Shown piece after piece: positions 18,709 to 29,870 of a stretch of 64,000 bases of DNA. Origin of the DNA: an uncultured virus (IMG/VR IMGVR_UViG_3300005253_000164) (lineage: Duplodnaviria; Heunggongvirae; Uroviricota; Caudoviricetes). The first letter of the stretch is position 1, and each line of letters starts with the position of its first letter. Where the stretch lies: the IMG/VR virus record IMGVR_UViG_3300005253_000164; one strand, written 5' to 3'. A program made the translations under genes and the position numbers. Under the pieces are notes generated by a model. The model did no database searches. It saw only the letters and a list, made by a program, of their open reading frames with translations, and had not been told where the DNA came from.

Positions 18709-18918
18709 TTGATGGCAGAAACAAAATTGGGAAATAAACCATTTATAGTCATGTTAATTTGCTCTTTAATTTTTGGGGCAATTGATACGACATTTCTTGT
18801 TGAACCTGCTTGGTATTATGTAATATTGTTTACAGCAAAATATTTTGTTTTTGTTGTAACAGTGTTATTGTACGTATTAGGCCAGAATAAAAAACCATGT
18901 GGAGTTGAAGACCTATGA
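18709..18918 (+). CDS. Small 2-TM protein
   Basis: Two hydrophobic segments. Confidence 0.6.
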   Translation: MMAETKLGNKPFIVMLICSLIFGAIDTTFLVEPAWYYVILFTAKYFVFVVTVLLYVLGQNKKPCGVEDL

Positions 18919-19544
18919 CTCAACCATGGTTTTATTTCAAAGGAAGCATAAAATATTTTGTAGAAAAAGTATTTGTATCATTTATAATAATATTATTTTT
19001 TGCGTATATTATTGGTAGTGTTGCATCTATTGGAATATTGTGGAATTATCAGATGGGAGATGGATATATTCTTTCTAATAAGTGGCTAGAAGTCGTTGAG
19101 CTTTTTGTATTCTTAGGCTCTATGTTGGTAGTAGTAGTATTATTGATGTTTGCATATTATAAATTGCTCCATGGAAGATTTTTTGATTCTTGGAAAGGAA
19201 TAAATATTTTGGAAGAGGTAATATCTCCAAGTATGATTGTATTCTTTGTTGGATTTGTTTTGTTAGGGCTTATCGCTGCGTTTTCTAATGTTATAGCGTA
19301 CATTGCTACATTTTTCTATCTGGCATATTACGCGTATTATATTAGTGGTAAGTACAAAGAATTGAAAATTATTCATGATAACCCCGAACTAAAAGAATTG
19401 CATAAGAAAAGAGATGAGATCAAAGACAAATTATATAAAACAATTGATAATAGTCTATCATCTCCCAAAATGGATCAACTTGAAGTTACTGCTCTACATA
19501 CTAAACTAACAGCAATTCAAATAGAGATAGAATCATTCCTTTAA
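18915..19544 (+). CDS. Multi-TM membrane protein with C-terminal coiled coil
   Basis: 3-4 hydrophobic segments; ATGA coupling. Confidence 0.7.
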   Translation: MTQPWFYFKGSIKYFVEKVFVSFIIILFFAYIIGSVASIGILWNYQMGDGYILSNKWLEVVELFVFLGSMLVVVVLLMFAYYKLLHGRFFDSWKGINILEEVISPSMIVFFVGFVLLGLIAAFSNVIAYIATFFYLAYYAYYISGKYKELKIIHDNPELKELHKKRDEIKDKLYKTIDNSLSSPKMDQLEVTALHTKLTAIQIEIESFL

Positions 19545-19626
19545 CATATTAGAAATATTGCTCTAAATCACTAACTACTTCCCATTTCTTATGATCAACC
19601 AATTTAAATAATACCACCGTATTGCC

Positions 19627-20604
19627 TTGGTTTTCCCAAATACTATATACTTTGTTACACAATATAATATTGTGTCAAGCACAGTTACCGATCAGGATTT
19701 AACTGATCTTCAAAAAATGACAAAATTAAAAATTACAGGATTATACAAAGTTTGGGAATGGATAGCAGCCAAGCATTATGACCAGAGTAAAGATTTAAAG
19801 AACCAATGCAAGGGAAGAATACAGCTATGCCCTTGTGATATAGCTAAAGATTGGAGACAAGTAGAAGATACAATTTTTGTACTAATGAAATATAAGGTGG
19901 AACACACATGAAAGAATTACTGAAAAGACTTGATTTAGAAATCAAAGAATATAAAAAAGCCATCTATGTTTTTCCAACGAGTAAAGTTGATGTGGGTAGA
20001 TTGATGGGATTGGAAGTGGCAAGGGAATTGATAGTAATAAGAATGGATGAAGAGAGAGGATTATAATGAAAAAATATGAATTACAAGACAATATGGGTCT
20101 TCACATAAAAACTAATGATTTTAAAGAAATCATCGAAACAATAACTTTTCATGGTGTAATACATGTTTCTGGATTTCCAGCTTATGCTTGTGGAACCGCA
20201 AATAGTTATTCATGTGAACATGGAGTAGGAACCGCCTACGAGCTATTCTGTAATGATACAACTTGGGAAAAATTAAAGGAGTTAGGAAACCAATGAAGCT
20301 ACAAGAACTACAAGAAAAACTTTTAACAAAAAACATAATAAAATACGATGATATTAGTCAAATTATATATAAAATATGTATATATGATTCTGTGACTAAC
20401 GATGAGAGAATAGGAGTATCAGCAACAAACGCTGAAGATTTAATTGATGTTGCCAAGGATACCATCAACGAGATCATGGAGAAAACGTCATTATTCATAA
20501 CAGAAACCCTGGCTAAATGTGAAGACATAGATTTAGTTATTTATGACGGATACGATCAAGTTTCTGGTAGATATGAGTTTAGAGTGGAATCTATTATATT
20601 ATAA
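19627..20604 (+). CDS. Run of four small coupled hypothetical ORFs (..19911, 19908..20066, 20066..20296, 20293..20604)
   Basis: ATGA/TAATG overlaps; 19908..20066 (52 aa) is absent from the ORF track. Confidence 0.55.
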
Positions 20605-20700
20605 ATTTAATTTAAGCAACAACATCAAAAAACAAAACACCTTACATGGATCACTTTTAACTGTGTCTCTCTGTATGTTCAAATATTTCTACTACTTATA

Positions 20701-20970
20701 TTGACTATGGCTATTACCATGAAATACCCACCAAAAGGAAAATGTTCTGATTGTAGTTTAATCTTCGATTGGATCAAATATAACGAATGTCCAGAATGTA
20801 ACCCAGATAGTTTTTTGAATAAACTACCTCTAGTTGCTTTTGTTCCTACAATCCCACTACACTGTAAAACTTCTGATGATGGTAGGCATATCATGACGAC
20901 CAAACCATCCAAGGACAGTGTGAAAACCTATAGTTATTGCATCAAATGTGGAATCATTGATAAATTTTAA
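20701..20970 (+). CDS. Double Zn-ribbon protein
   Basis: CSDC..CPEC; C..H..CIKCG. Confidence 0.6.
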   Translation: MTMAITMKYPPKGKCSDCSLIFDWIKYNECPECNPDSFLNKLPLVAFVPTIPLHCKTSDDGRHIMTTKPSKDSVKTYSYCIKCGIIDKF

Positions 20971-21063
20971 ATAGGTGTTAATAGTGAACTTATTTGCAAT
21001 GGTAAAAATTATATACAATATTACGTATAATATTTTGTGGCACAACGTACTGAATGTTCAAAA

Positions 21064-21837
21064 TCATAAATCAAGGATAGTGAACGATTCTTGACCATGA
21101 TCAACTAAATGGTGTCGTCTCATCATACTTTCTGTCTCATAACATGCCTTACAAGTTTTAGGATCTTTTATACATCTAAGTCGATTTTTCCCTCCAAATT
21201 CAGAGATTTCAAAACCATCATATTTTTCAAAAAGTTCATACATCGATGCTTTAAATTTATTAGAACCACCCATACTGACATGCCTCACGTACTCTACATC
21301 GAATCCTAATCTTCTTAATCTTTTTTGAGCAACTCTTCCTATTGCAATTATTTTTCTGAATTCAGTATTATTAAAGAAATACTCAACTGCAGAATTACAT
21401 GTGAGATGATCTAGATTGTTAGGTGTTCGATTAGTAAATTGTTCACCTTTGAATGGGTGTAATGGAATTATGTTCCATAGGATAGGCGGATTAACTAATC
21501 TGGGTAGAACAGACCATACATGATGGGCAGATAATTCTTTGTAATATTCTTTCTTGGTTGCGATTTCAAATCCTTTCATTCCCCATGTTTTCTCTGCAGT
21601 CTTGAGTATATGATTGGATGTAAAAGCCAATCCTGTTTTTCTTGCTCCTATATGGCCAGGTGCTTCACCAACTAGTATGGTATCAAATCGATCTATATTG
21701 TCAAGAAATATTCTTAGATTATTTGTTCTTATCTCTGGGGCATTGGGTTTGTCCAATTCACATAAATCAGTATAGGGGTTGAATAGATTGTTACTATTAA
21801 CATTTTGTAATATTTCAATAAATAATTCAGATTCCAT
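21064..21837 (-). CDS. Uracil-DNA glycosylase-superfamily protein with C-terminal C2H2-like finger
   Basis: ILVGEAPGHIGARKTGLAFTS, WNIIPLHPF, NRTP, IAIGRVA, VRHVS; C..C...RRHHLVDH. Confidence 0.75.
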   Translation of the reverse strand: MESELFIEILQNVNSNNLFNPYTDLCELDKPNAPEIRTNNLRIFLDNIDRFDTILVGEAPGHIGARKTGLAFTSNHILKTAEKTWGMKGFEIATKKEYYKELSAHHVWSVLPRLVNPPILWNIIPLHPFKGEQFTNRTPNNLDHLTCNSAVEYFFNNTEFRKIIAIGRVAQKRLRRLGFDVEYVRHVSMGGSNKFKASMYELFEKYDGFEISEFGGKNRLRCIKDPKTCKACYETESMMRRHHLVDHGQESFTILDL

Positions 21838-21841
21838 TTTA

Positions 21842-22219
21842 TCATCGCCTCCTTGGATCTGTTTTCAAACATGACATAAATATGAAATAATCATCTGAAC
21901 CTTCAAACCACAGCTCTAATTGAGAATCGATATAATCTTTTTCCATATATTTAGGGTGTAATTTTTTATAAATCTGACTCAAATAATATTCAAAACTGTT
22001 CCAATCGTTTTGATTATCACAATCTACACAATTAAAAATAAAATCTACAAACGCAAATGGAGGGGCCTCGTTTCTCTTAACAAAGAAAATTTCTTTACAA
22101 ACCAAACATCTTAGGGGGAATCCTGCTTGATCCCCAATTGATTCAACATATTGTTCATCACCACCAACGTATAGTCCATCAATCCACTTGTAGCCTAGAT
22201 CTCTAAATACTGTTTCCAT
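21842..22219 (-). CDS. Zn-ribbon hypothetical protein
   Basis: CLVC...CVDC. Confidence 0.6.
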   Translation of the reverse strand: METVFRDLGYKWIDGLYVGGDEQYVESIGDQAGFPLRCLVCKEIFFVKRNEAPPFAFVDFIFNCVDCDNQNDWNSFEYYLSQIYKKLHPKYMEKDYIDSQLELWFEGSDDYFIFMSCLKTDPRRR

Positions 22220-22518
22220 TAATATTCACTTCTCCATTCTGCATAGGCTTTCTGAACAAATTTATTCTTAGTAACATATTCTGTTACGATCTTGTTCATT
22301 TCTTCTGGATCCTTCAATCCTTCTTCACGCATTGCTTGTAGTTCTTCACCTTGTCCATAGATCATATCATATGCTAACATCCCTACTAGTTTATTTTTTA
22401 CATATGCAGGATCACTTTTTTGATATAGTGTGATAAATGCATACATCGATGATACAAATGATTCATCTCTGTTTACGTATCTAATTGATACACTAAATCT
22501 TTCTTTTTCTGCCATCAA
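22219..22518 (-). CDS. Hypothetical protein
   Basis: Coupled (TAATG) to the next gene; GGAG RBS. Confidence 0.6.
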   Translation of the reverse strand: MMAEKERFSVSIRYVNRDESFVSSMYAFITLYQKSDPAYVKNKLVGMLAYDMIYGQGEELQAMREEGLKDPEEMNKIVTEYVTKNKFVQKAYAEWRSEY

Positions 22519-22634
22519 TCTCCAATATAAATTATATGTAATAAATATTGTTTAAAATTAAGATTATTTTGTGAACAAATCTTTTATAGGTCGTGACAAA
22601 CATTATATATTTTAACACTGATAAGAAATTCAGA

Positions 22635-23327
22635 ATGAAATTTACACCATTAATCCTAGTAATAATAATACTTACAGTCGCATTTGTTTTTAATAATAAA
22701 ACAACTATTGAGATCGAAAACAATCCTCCCATGAAACAAGGAGATAATATTTATCTAACCCAGGCTTCAATTAGTTCTCCAGATCACATGTATTGGGGAA
22801 AAGACACATCAGAGTATCAAACTAATTCTACTCATACTTGGGTTGATGTCCTTTTTGATTTGACATTTCTTAATTATACTATTACTGAAATTGGATATGG
22901 TAAATTTAAATATCGTGTTTACGTTTCTCATAACTATTCGGTGTCCTATGCTTGGAATGTGGTAGGGAATACTAGTTATTTTGGGCTTCCAAAAAATGAG
23001 GAGTTTTATGCTTCATTATCGCTTAGTGCCACAACTGAAACAGATGCTCTTTGTGAAACTCCAGTATGTCTTGTAGATGAAATTGCAGATATTCAGTTAC
23101 GTTTCTTTATCGATGTTCCTACACTCCCTATAGTAGATTGGTTAGAGAAAGGTTACCTTTTATCCAATCTTGAATATGATGTCTATTTGATCACCTTTGT
23201 AGTTACATTTATGTCTCTATTCCTTTATTATTTATTTAAATCATATCAAATAGTTATGAATGAAACTGAAACCGATCCTACAGATCGATTACAGATCGAT
23301 TATGATCATAAACCCATCAATCCTTAA
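22635..23327 (+). CDS. Membrane protein with N- and C-terminal TM segments
   Basis: MKFTPLILVIIIL start 68 nt after the class-2 motif at 22567; sequons; C-terminal TM. Confidence 0.65.
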   Translation: MKFTPLILVIIILTVAFVFNNKTTIEIENNPPMKQGDNIYLTQASISSPDHMYWGKDTSEYQTNSTHTWVDVLFDLTFLNYTITEIGYGKFKYRVYVSHNYSVSYAWNVVGNTSYFGLPKNEEFYASLSLSATTETDALCETPVCLVDEIADIQLRFFIDVPTLPIVDWLEKGYLLSNLEYDVYLITFVVTFMSLFLYYLFKSYQIVMNETETDPTDRLQIDYDHKPINP

Positions 23328-23362
23328 AATATCTCTAAGGCGGAAAATCACTATGGAGGAAT

Positions 23363-23644
23363 TTGAGTAAAATGACTAAATTGATAAAATCTAATTGTCA
23401 AATCTCAATTGAGAATCCAGATTTGGGCATTTTATGTGGATGTGATGATTTGTGCGAACATGGTATATGCCCTTGGGATTGTACAAAGTGTGAAGGAGAG
23501 GGGCATATAACAATAAGTAAGGCATTTCATACAATGCCACCTACCAAATTTCTTGAACTAAAAAAGAAAAAGAAAATAATATGGAGAGGAAAAACATACA
23601 TTTTAGAGGAGGCCCCTCTACAAGAAAAGAAGGAGAAAATTTAA
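23363..23644 (+). CDS. Cys-rich small protein
   Basis: CGC..LCEHGIC..DCTKC; GGAGG RBS. Confidence 0.6.
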   Translation: MSKMTKLIKSNCQISIENPDLGILCGCDDLCEHGICPWDCTKCEGEGHITISKAFHTMPPTKFLELKKKKKIIWRGKTYILEEAPLQEKKEKI

Positions 23645-23647
23645 ATC

Positions 23648-25621
23648 ATGACTAATATAGAATGGACAGAAAAAACCCTAAACGTAACTGCAGGCTGTAG
23701 TAAGATTTCTGAAGGCTGTAAAAACTGTTACGCTGAAAAGATGCATAATAATAGACTATTGAATGCGGGACAACCAAAATATCAGCAACCATTTAATGTG
23801 ATAGTTGAACATCGTAGTGGTAAAGGAACAATGCAATCAATATTCGATGAGATCTGGAATAGGAAGAAACCAACAATATATTTTGTCAATTCAATGTCTG
23901 ATCTATTTCACGAAGAAGTATCAATGGATTGGATCTATACCACAATGCATAATCTTATGTCTAACAATCAACACATCTTCCAGATATTGACTAAACGACC
24001 AGAAGGAATTCTGGAATATGAAAAATCAACTCATGACACACTTATGGGACCAATTAAAGGCAAGGATCTTTGGTCGCCTAATATCTGGATGGGAACTTCA
24101 GTTGAGAACCAAAAAAGAGCAGATAAACGAATTCCTCATTTAATCAAAAGTTCCGCTCATCTAAAGTTTCTGTCCTGTGAACCCCTATTAGGACCTCTTG
24201 ATTTGAGTAAATATTTACCAGATCTAGATTGGGTGATAGTTGGTGGTGAATGTCTAACCAAAAATGCCCTCATTAGTACACCTAACGGATATAAACGCAT
24301 TTATGAATTATCAATTGGAGACAATGTTTATAGTTATGACGGTGAACTATATTCGGATGCATATAAAAAACCAACAACTAACATAAAAACCAAGATGATA
24401 ATTTCTAAAATAAAAAATAAAATGGAGAATGGAATAAAAGAGATCTTTGAATTAAAAACTAAAACAAGAACCATTCAAGCAAGTCAAAAGCATAAATTTT
24501 TGAGATTAAACATAAAACCAATTCAAATTGGATCTGAATTAATTCGACATGAATATAGTTTAGAATGGACCCAATTGAACGAATTAAAAAAAGGTGATTT
24601 CATTGTAATACAAAAATCAGCTCCAGAACAAAAAACTCCATTATTGATCTACACAGAAGATTTTATGAGAATTGTAGGTTTATTTATCGGAGACGGATGG
24701 ATCAGACTGAAAAGACACGAATTATCCTTTGCTATGAATACAGACAGTAATAATAGACTAAAATATATTCCACTACTTGAGAAAGAGTTTAAGAAAAAAA
24801 TTCATACAGATAAATCACAAATTCATATCTATGATAAAGAAATATCAAAACTATTTGATGATTTAGATTTGAATTACAAAGAACTTGAAAAACATATTCC
24901 CGATTGGGTGTGGCAATTACCAAAAAATCATAAGAAGTCTCTTATTGATGGATATCTTGATTCAGATGGGACAATAGATAATAGTAGAAAAAGTCCAACT
25001 TGGGTATTTGAAGCTAGAAATAAAACACTAATTGAAGAAATGTGGGCCCTCTGTCTGGATGTTGGATATCATGTCACAAGTATTCACTCAAGAGAAAGGA
25101 TAAGAGGAATTTGGAAAACCAAAAACAAGGATTACAATTATAATAAGCCAGTTACGAACTATTATTTTAAAGTTTCACATAATCGAATAGGCTATAAGGC
25201 AACATCGATTAGAAGTATAAGTCCTGTCCTCAAAGGCTTCTTACCAACTAATTTTGCTGTAGATCATATTCAATATATAAAACCAATAGGAAGTGAACTA
25301 ACATATGATTTAGAGATTGAAAACTCACATAACTATATAGCAAATGGTATTCTTGTACATAATTCTGGCACAAAAGCAAAAATTAGGGAATTTGATCTGG
25401 AATGGGCAAGAGATATTAGAATGCAATGTTTCAAATATTCAACTCCCTTCTTTTTCAAACAATCTGGTACTTTACTCCCATGTACAACAGAGGCACATAA
25501 AAAATGTAGTAAGAAAGGATGCACAGCAGACCCATGCAAGAATAGAAAACACAGGTCGTGTGGTGCTAAAGGTTGTACTTTTCTTGATGGGGTAAAATAC
25601 AAGGAGATGCCAAAGAGGTAA
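23648..25621 (+). CDS. Phage Gp37/Gp68 (DUF5131, radical-SAM-like) protein containing an intein
   Basis: TNIEWT, GCSKISEGCKNCYAE, FVNSMSDLFH, ILTKRP, FLSCEPLLG, WVIVGGE|SG and FFFKQ. Confidence 0.88.
   Translation: MTNIEWTEKTLNVTAGCSKISEGCKNCYAEKMHNNRLLNAGQPKYQQPFNVIVEHRSGKGTMQSIFDEIWNRKKPTIYFVNSMSDLFHEEVSMDWIYTTMHNLMSNNQHIFQILTKRPEGILEYEKSTHDTLMGPIKGKDLWSPNIWMGTSVENQKRADKRIPHLIKSSAHLKFLSCEPLLGPLDLSKYLPDLDWVIVGGECLTKNALISTPNGYKRIYELSIGDNVYSYDGELYSDAYKKPTTNIKTKMIISKIKNKMENGIKEIFELKTKTRTIQASQKHKFLRLNIKPIQIGSELIRHEYSLEWTQLNELKKGDFIVIQKSAPEQKTPLLIYTEDFMRIVGLFIGDGWIRLKRHELSFAMNTDSNNRLKYIPLLEKEFKKKIHTDKSQIHIYDKEISKLFDDLDLNYKELEKHIPDWVWQLPKNHKKSLIDGYLDSDGTIDNSRKSPTWVFEARNKTLIEEMWALCLDVGYHVTSIHSRERIRGIWKTKNKDYNYNKPVTNYYFKVSHNRIGYKATSIRSISPVLKGFLPTNFAVDHIQYIKPIGSELTYDLEIENSHNYIANGILVHNSGTKAKIREFDLEWARDIRMQCFKYSTPFFFKQSGTLLPCTTEAHKKCSKKGCTADPCKNRKHRSCGAKGCTFLDGVKYKEMPKR
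24251..25363 (+). mobile_element. Intein (371 aa) with LAGLIDADG homing endonuclease
   Basis: N-terminus CLTKNALI; GLFIGDG and GYLDSDG motifs; C-terminus YDLEIENSHNYIANGILVHN followed by Ser. Confidence 0.92.
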
Positions 25622-25653
25622 AATCTAGGAGAAAATAGAATGAGGTTAATTAG

Positions 25654-26064
25654 ATGAGTGAAACAATCGCTATTAAAAGAATTAAATGGAATCGTTTCAT
25701 GGGTAAACTACCCACCAATACTAAAATAGTCACACGTAGGAGTAGATGGGGGAACCCATTCAATCTATCAGAACATACAAGAGGGGAATCATTAAAAAAA
25801 TATAGAAAATGGTTACGAGATCAAATTCAAGCAGACAAACAGTTTATTGAGCCACTTAAAGGATATAATCTTGCTTGTGGGTGTGATATAACTGAAAAGT
25901 GTCATGCAGATATTATCTTAGAATTTTTCCAATGTCATGTAATTCTTGGAATAAAAGATGTTGATCAATGCTTAGCTAATAATCCATGTAAAATTCATAA
26001 TTGTGGTAGTTGGGAGGGGCATTGTTATTGTCCTAATATTTGGGAGGTTGATGATAAAAAATGA
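25654..26064 (+). CDS. DUF4326-like phage protein
   Basis: RRSRWGNPF...LKGYNLACGC...CHADII. Confidence 0.8.
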   Translation: MSETIAIKRIKWNRFMGKLPTNTKIVTRRSRWGNPFNLSEHTRGESLKKYRKWLRDQIQADKQFIEPLKGYNLACGCDITEKCHADIILEFFQCHVILGIKDVDQCLANNPCKIHNCGSWEGHCYCPNIWEVDDKK

Positions 26065-26492
26065 ATTTTTTTGAAATCTTTGTGGGATTATTACTACTGG
26101 CTTTTACAATAGGAACTATAATTGTTATTGGCAATTTCTTAAAAATAGGAATGGAACAGGAAAAACCAAAAGAGCTTCCTAGAAAAAAATTCCACCCAAA
26201 ACATAAAAAACATTCAACAAGAAGAGCTGCCCATATGAGAAAAAGGAAAACTATAAAGCCAATCAAGACCTATAACTCTAGTCAATTAGCAGAGAAATTT
26301 GAGTCTCTGGCATATAGTGAAATGAATTGTAATGGATGTGGATCAAAAAATCCATCAGATTCTATATACTGTACAAATTGTGGAATAACAATTAAATTTA
26401 ACAAAATTCCAACAAATCAAATCTGTGCAGAATGTGGGCAGAAGAATAGTCATGATGCAAAGAATTGCATAGTATGTGGTGTTAAATTATGA
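26061..26492 (+). CDS. TM-anchored double Zn-ribbon protein
   Basis: N-terminal TM; CNGCG..CTNCG and CAECG..CIVCG. Confidence 0.75.
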   Translation: MNFFEIFVGLLLLAFTIGTIIVIGNFLKIGMEQEKPKELPRKKFHPKHKKHSTRRAAHMRKRKTIKPIKTYNSSQLAEKFESLAYSEMNCNGCGSKNPSDSIYCTNCGITIKFNKIPTNQICAECGQKNSHDAKNCIVCGVKL

Positions 26493-26938
26493 ATGAAGAA
26501 GAATTAAAAGAACAAACCAGATTGTATTTGCAACGAAAAATGGATAATTATCAAGCAAAGAATTCACCAGATCCAGAACAAAATGAATGCACCAAATGTT
26601 TCTTAACAGAACAGATGCACATCAAACATCCAATCAATACATGTGCAAACTTCACTAAGGAGAGAAATTAAATGAAAAAACAGGTAACTGTTCAAGAAAG
26701 TAATATAATGGAATACAAACAAGAATCCATTTTGGAACGCATTGCCAATCTTTTATCGAGTTTCTTTTTGTATTGGATGGCTTTGTCAATAATAGGATGG
26801 GTTTTAATTCCAAGAATGAGAGAAAAGGACATAATAAATCTATATTTAATTTTTATCATTGTCATTAACAGCATCATCGTATTTCTTCGCTTTTTAATAA
26901 TATTAAAGCATAAAACTTCGATGGAGGAAATAGAATGA
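26489..26938 (+). CDS. Two small ORFs: 26489..26671 (Zn finger) and 26672..26938 (2 TM)
   Basis: CTKC..H..C; hydrophobic segments; coupled. Confidence 0.55.
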
Positions 26939-26994
26939 AAATACATATCAAATTTGTGTGCATCTTTATTTACATTGATGTGGGTGTTCTTTAG

Positions 26995-27102
26995 ATGAGC
27001 TGTGAATGTTATTGCCCACATGAAAATTGTGAATCATGTGATATGGGATTCTGCTATGATTGTAGTGGTTGCCCATGTGATTGTGAGGCTGATAGAAAAT
27101 GA
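26995..27102 (+). CDS. 35-aa metallothionein-like peptide with 10 Cys (not in the ORF track)
   Basis: MSCECYCPHENCESCDMGFCYDCSGCPCDCEADRK; ATGA overlap with 27099. Confidence 0.6.
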   Translation: MSCECYCPHENCESCDMGFCYDCSGCPCDCEADRK

Positions 27103-29097
27103 AATTTCATAGAAAAGCAAAATTATTTATAAGTTTAAACTTCCCAACTAACAAAGACACAAGGATCAATGTGGGTTGGATAGGCATTAAAGATGATGGG
27201 GAACGATATTTTATTCCCAAACAATCAATTCTCTCTAAAATTATTTCTGGGAGAAAGCATTATTCACTAGGATTAGATGAATTTAATGAATATGTGGAAT
27301 TCCAAGATGATGGAACATATTTAATTTACTTTCAATCATTAGATGGAAATGATCTATCATATTTGAAAAAATATGAAGAAGAAAACAAGAAGAGAATGGA
27401 AATGGAGGACAAATGGAGAAAGAAATATCTACAAGACTACCAAAATAAGGGGATAAATGAATAAAATGCCCGAAAGAATACATTGTCGGCTCTGCTTTAA
27501 AAAATTCACCAAAAGAGGAATGCGTAGACATGAGAATAATTGTAAACGTAAACTTAATGTTAAAAACAAGGAGAAGGCTATTGGTGATGCATCACAATTG
27601 GGAAAGAAGCTATTTGATCATTATAAGGAGAAAAAGGAATAAAATGAAAATGGAAAAATACACAAACGAAGAACTGGCAACAGATTATATTCGGCAATTT
27701 GGGATGGCAAACACCTACTATGGTGAGATGAGACGAAAAGCCATCCACGAAGCATTTGAAGAACGATTAGGGCTAAAACCTAAAGATAAAACATTAAAGA
27801 AAATCCTGCAATATTTAGAAAAGCCAAGTAATATAAATTTTCCATTAAAAGATATTGCCGATTATAATCAAATACTTGATTGGGAGGAATCAGAGATCTG
27901 GAAATGGGGGACAATACTTTATAAATTTCTGGATATAAAATTCGGTTTCAAAATGGAGGGTAAGAATTAATATGAACGAAGGTGTAAAAATGGATGAAAT
28001 AGGTAGAAGTATTTTGGAGTCCACACAAATTAGTAATGGAGTTGAATTAGCAATCTATCTTAAAGGAAAAGGGCTTGGTGATGATTTTCTTAACATAGAT
28101 GCAATAAGAGAAACTGAAGATCTAAAAAATCTTTTAATCAGAACACTTCTAAACATACTATATTCTGACGAATTTAATCTGGGTGTTAATACAGTAAATG
28201 AAGTCTTATTAACTCCACTGAAATCAATTGATGATTTTATGAGTTATGGAACTGCTATTGAGAAAGATTTGTGGAATCAAGTTAAAGAAGATAGGAAATG
28301 TGAGGATTTTTAGATGAATAGTGTGCCTAAACAAATGATAAAGACACCAGACCATTATCATTTAGAATTCATTTCAATATCAAAAGGAACTGCACAATAC
28401 AGGCACATATATAGTAAAGGACATCTTGTATTGTGTGACATCTTAGACTGTGATAATGAAGAATGGTTCGATGAAAATAAATGGTATTTAGGAATAAATC
28501 CATTGAAAGATGTAGATCTACTACAAGTTTGTAATTGCTGTGGGGAAATTAGAGATATACATCGTGGTGTAGACAAAACACTCTGTAGAAAATGTTGGGG
28601 GATTTTCCATTAATGCAGGTGGTCTTTAGATGAGTAGAAGATTTCAAAGATTGAAGAGAAGACTTCATAATCAATTGGGTATCACTCTTTCAGACAATTA
28701 CAATTCCACCAGAGCAGGAAAACATCAGAGAAAAAATGGGATGTCTAGATGGCATTCTAATTTAGATTTTGATGAAGGCCCATTTATTTATGAAGATGGT
28801 AGTTATCTGGGATTTAGTAGTCAATACACTGTGGCTTATTTATTAGACGCACACTGTCTAAAATTAGTTCAAAATACCAATGATTGTGAACTTCTTGATG
28901 TGGTTCCATGTGATCATGAGAAATGTAAACACCTTGATGCGAAATATAATGGACATGCTAATAACCGTAATTTTTGGAAATGTTCAGATTGTAATAGAAC
29001 TATAACAAAACCAAAGGGGTGGAAACCAAAATCGAAAATTGAAATATTAGTTGGTAAAAAGAAAAATTCTATGAGTTTAGATAAATATTTTAAGTAA
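27099..29097 (+). CDS. Run of six small hypothetical ORFs (27099..27464, 27457..27642, 27643..27970, 27972..28313, 28314..28613, 28630..29097), several with Zn fingers
   Basis: Abutting ORFs with GGAG/GAGG RBS; CRLC..H..C and CNCC..CRKC. Confidence 0.6.
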
Positions 29098-29767
29098 GTA
29101 GCCTTGTTGTAGTTCCTGAAGTACCATCAGCAGTCTCACCAGGAGCACCACCACCACTTGTATATTCTCCACCACTTGCAACAATTGCCGCCTCTCTTTG
29201 TGCAGGAGACATATCCAATATTTGATCAATAGTATACCCGATGTTTCCCAATGCATCATATGTTGCATTATTTCCAAATACGTCAGTTTGTCCTAACGAT
29301 AAGTTTTCAGAAGAGGTTCCAAATAAGTCAGCCAATCCACCAAAAGTATAATGTGTTATTTTTCTATTCTTAGGGGGGGTATATCCTTTCAATCGATAAT
29401 CTAAAACAGCATGAAGTAAGGAATCATCAATATCAGAAACAGCAATACGGACATCATATAGGAAATCTTGATCTTTAACAATAGTGAGACTAGTGAAAAC
29501 ATTGATTAAATCTTCATTTCCATCTAAGATCAAATCCCTATGGAATTCATCATCTCGGATGTTTTTAAGTATATCTCGTTTTAAGCTTGGATCTTCTTGT
29601 TTAAAATAAGCCTCTGCTAATTTATTATCATCTCTGGTAATGGTTGCAGTTTTTAATTTATTTGCTATAATATTCCTTTGCTGTGCTAACTTTGGATCTA
29701 TCTTTTTTCCAGCTCTTCTAATTGCACTTTTTTTATGAACTGAATAGTAGCTTCGTTTTTCATTCAT
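29090..29767 (-). CDS. Hypothetical protein with basic N-terminus and acidic Gly/Thr-rich C-terminus
   Basis: 225-aa ORF; AAAATATAAAC motif 54 nt upstream. Confidence 0.7.
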   Translation of the reverse strand: MNEKRSYYSVHKKSAIRRAGKKIDPKLAQQRNIIANKLKTATITRDDNKLAEAYFKQEDPSLKRDILKNIRDDEFHRDLILDGNEDLINVFTSLTIVKDQDFLYDVRIAVSDIDDSLLHAVLDYRLKGYTPPKNRKITHYTFGGLADLFGTSSENLSLGQTDVFGNNATYDALGNIGYTIDQILDMSPAQREAAIVASGGEYTSGGGAPGETADGTSGTTTRLLT

Positions 29768-29870
29768 CTATGTATCATATAATTTTTATTTAAAAAAAGG
29801 ATTGTGTATTGTTTATATTTTAATAAATAAGATACATAATAATTTAAATATAATTTGGTATCTTTTTTCT

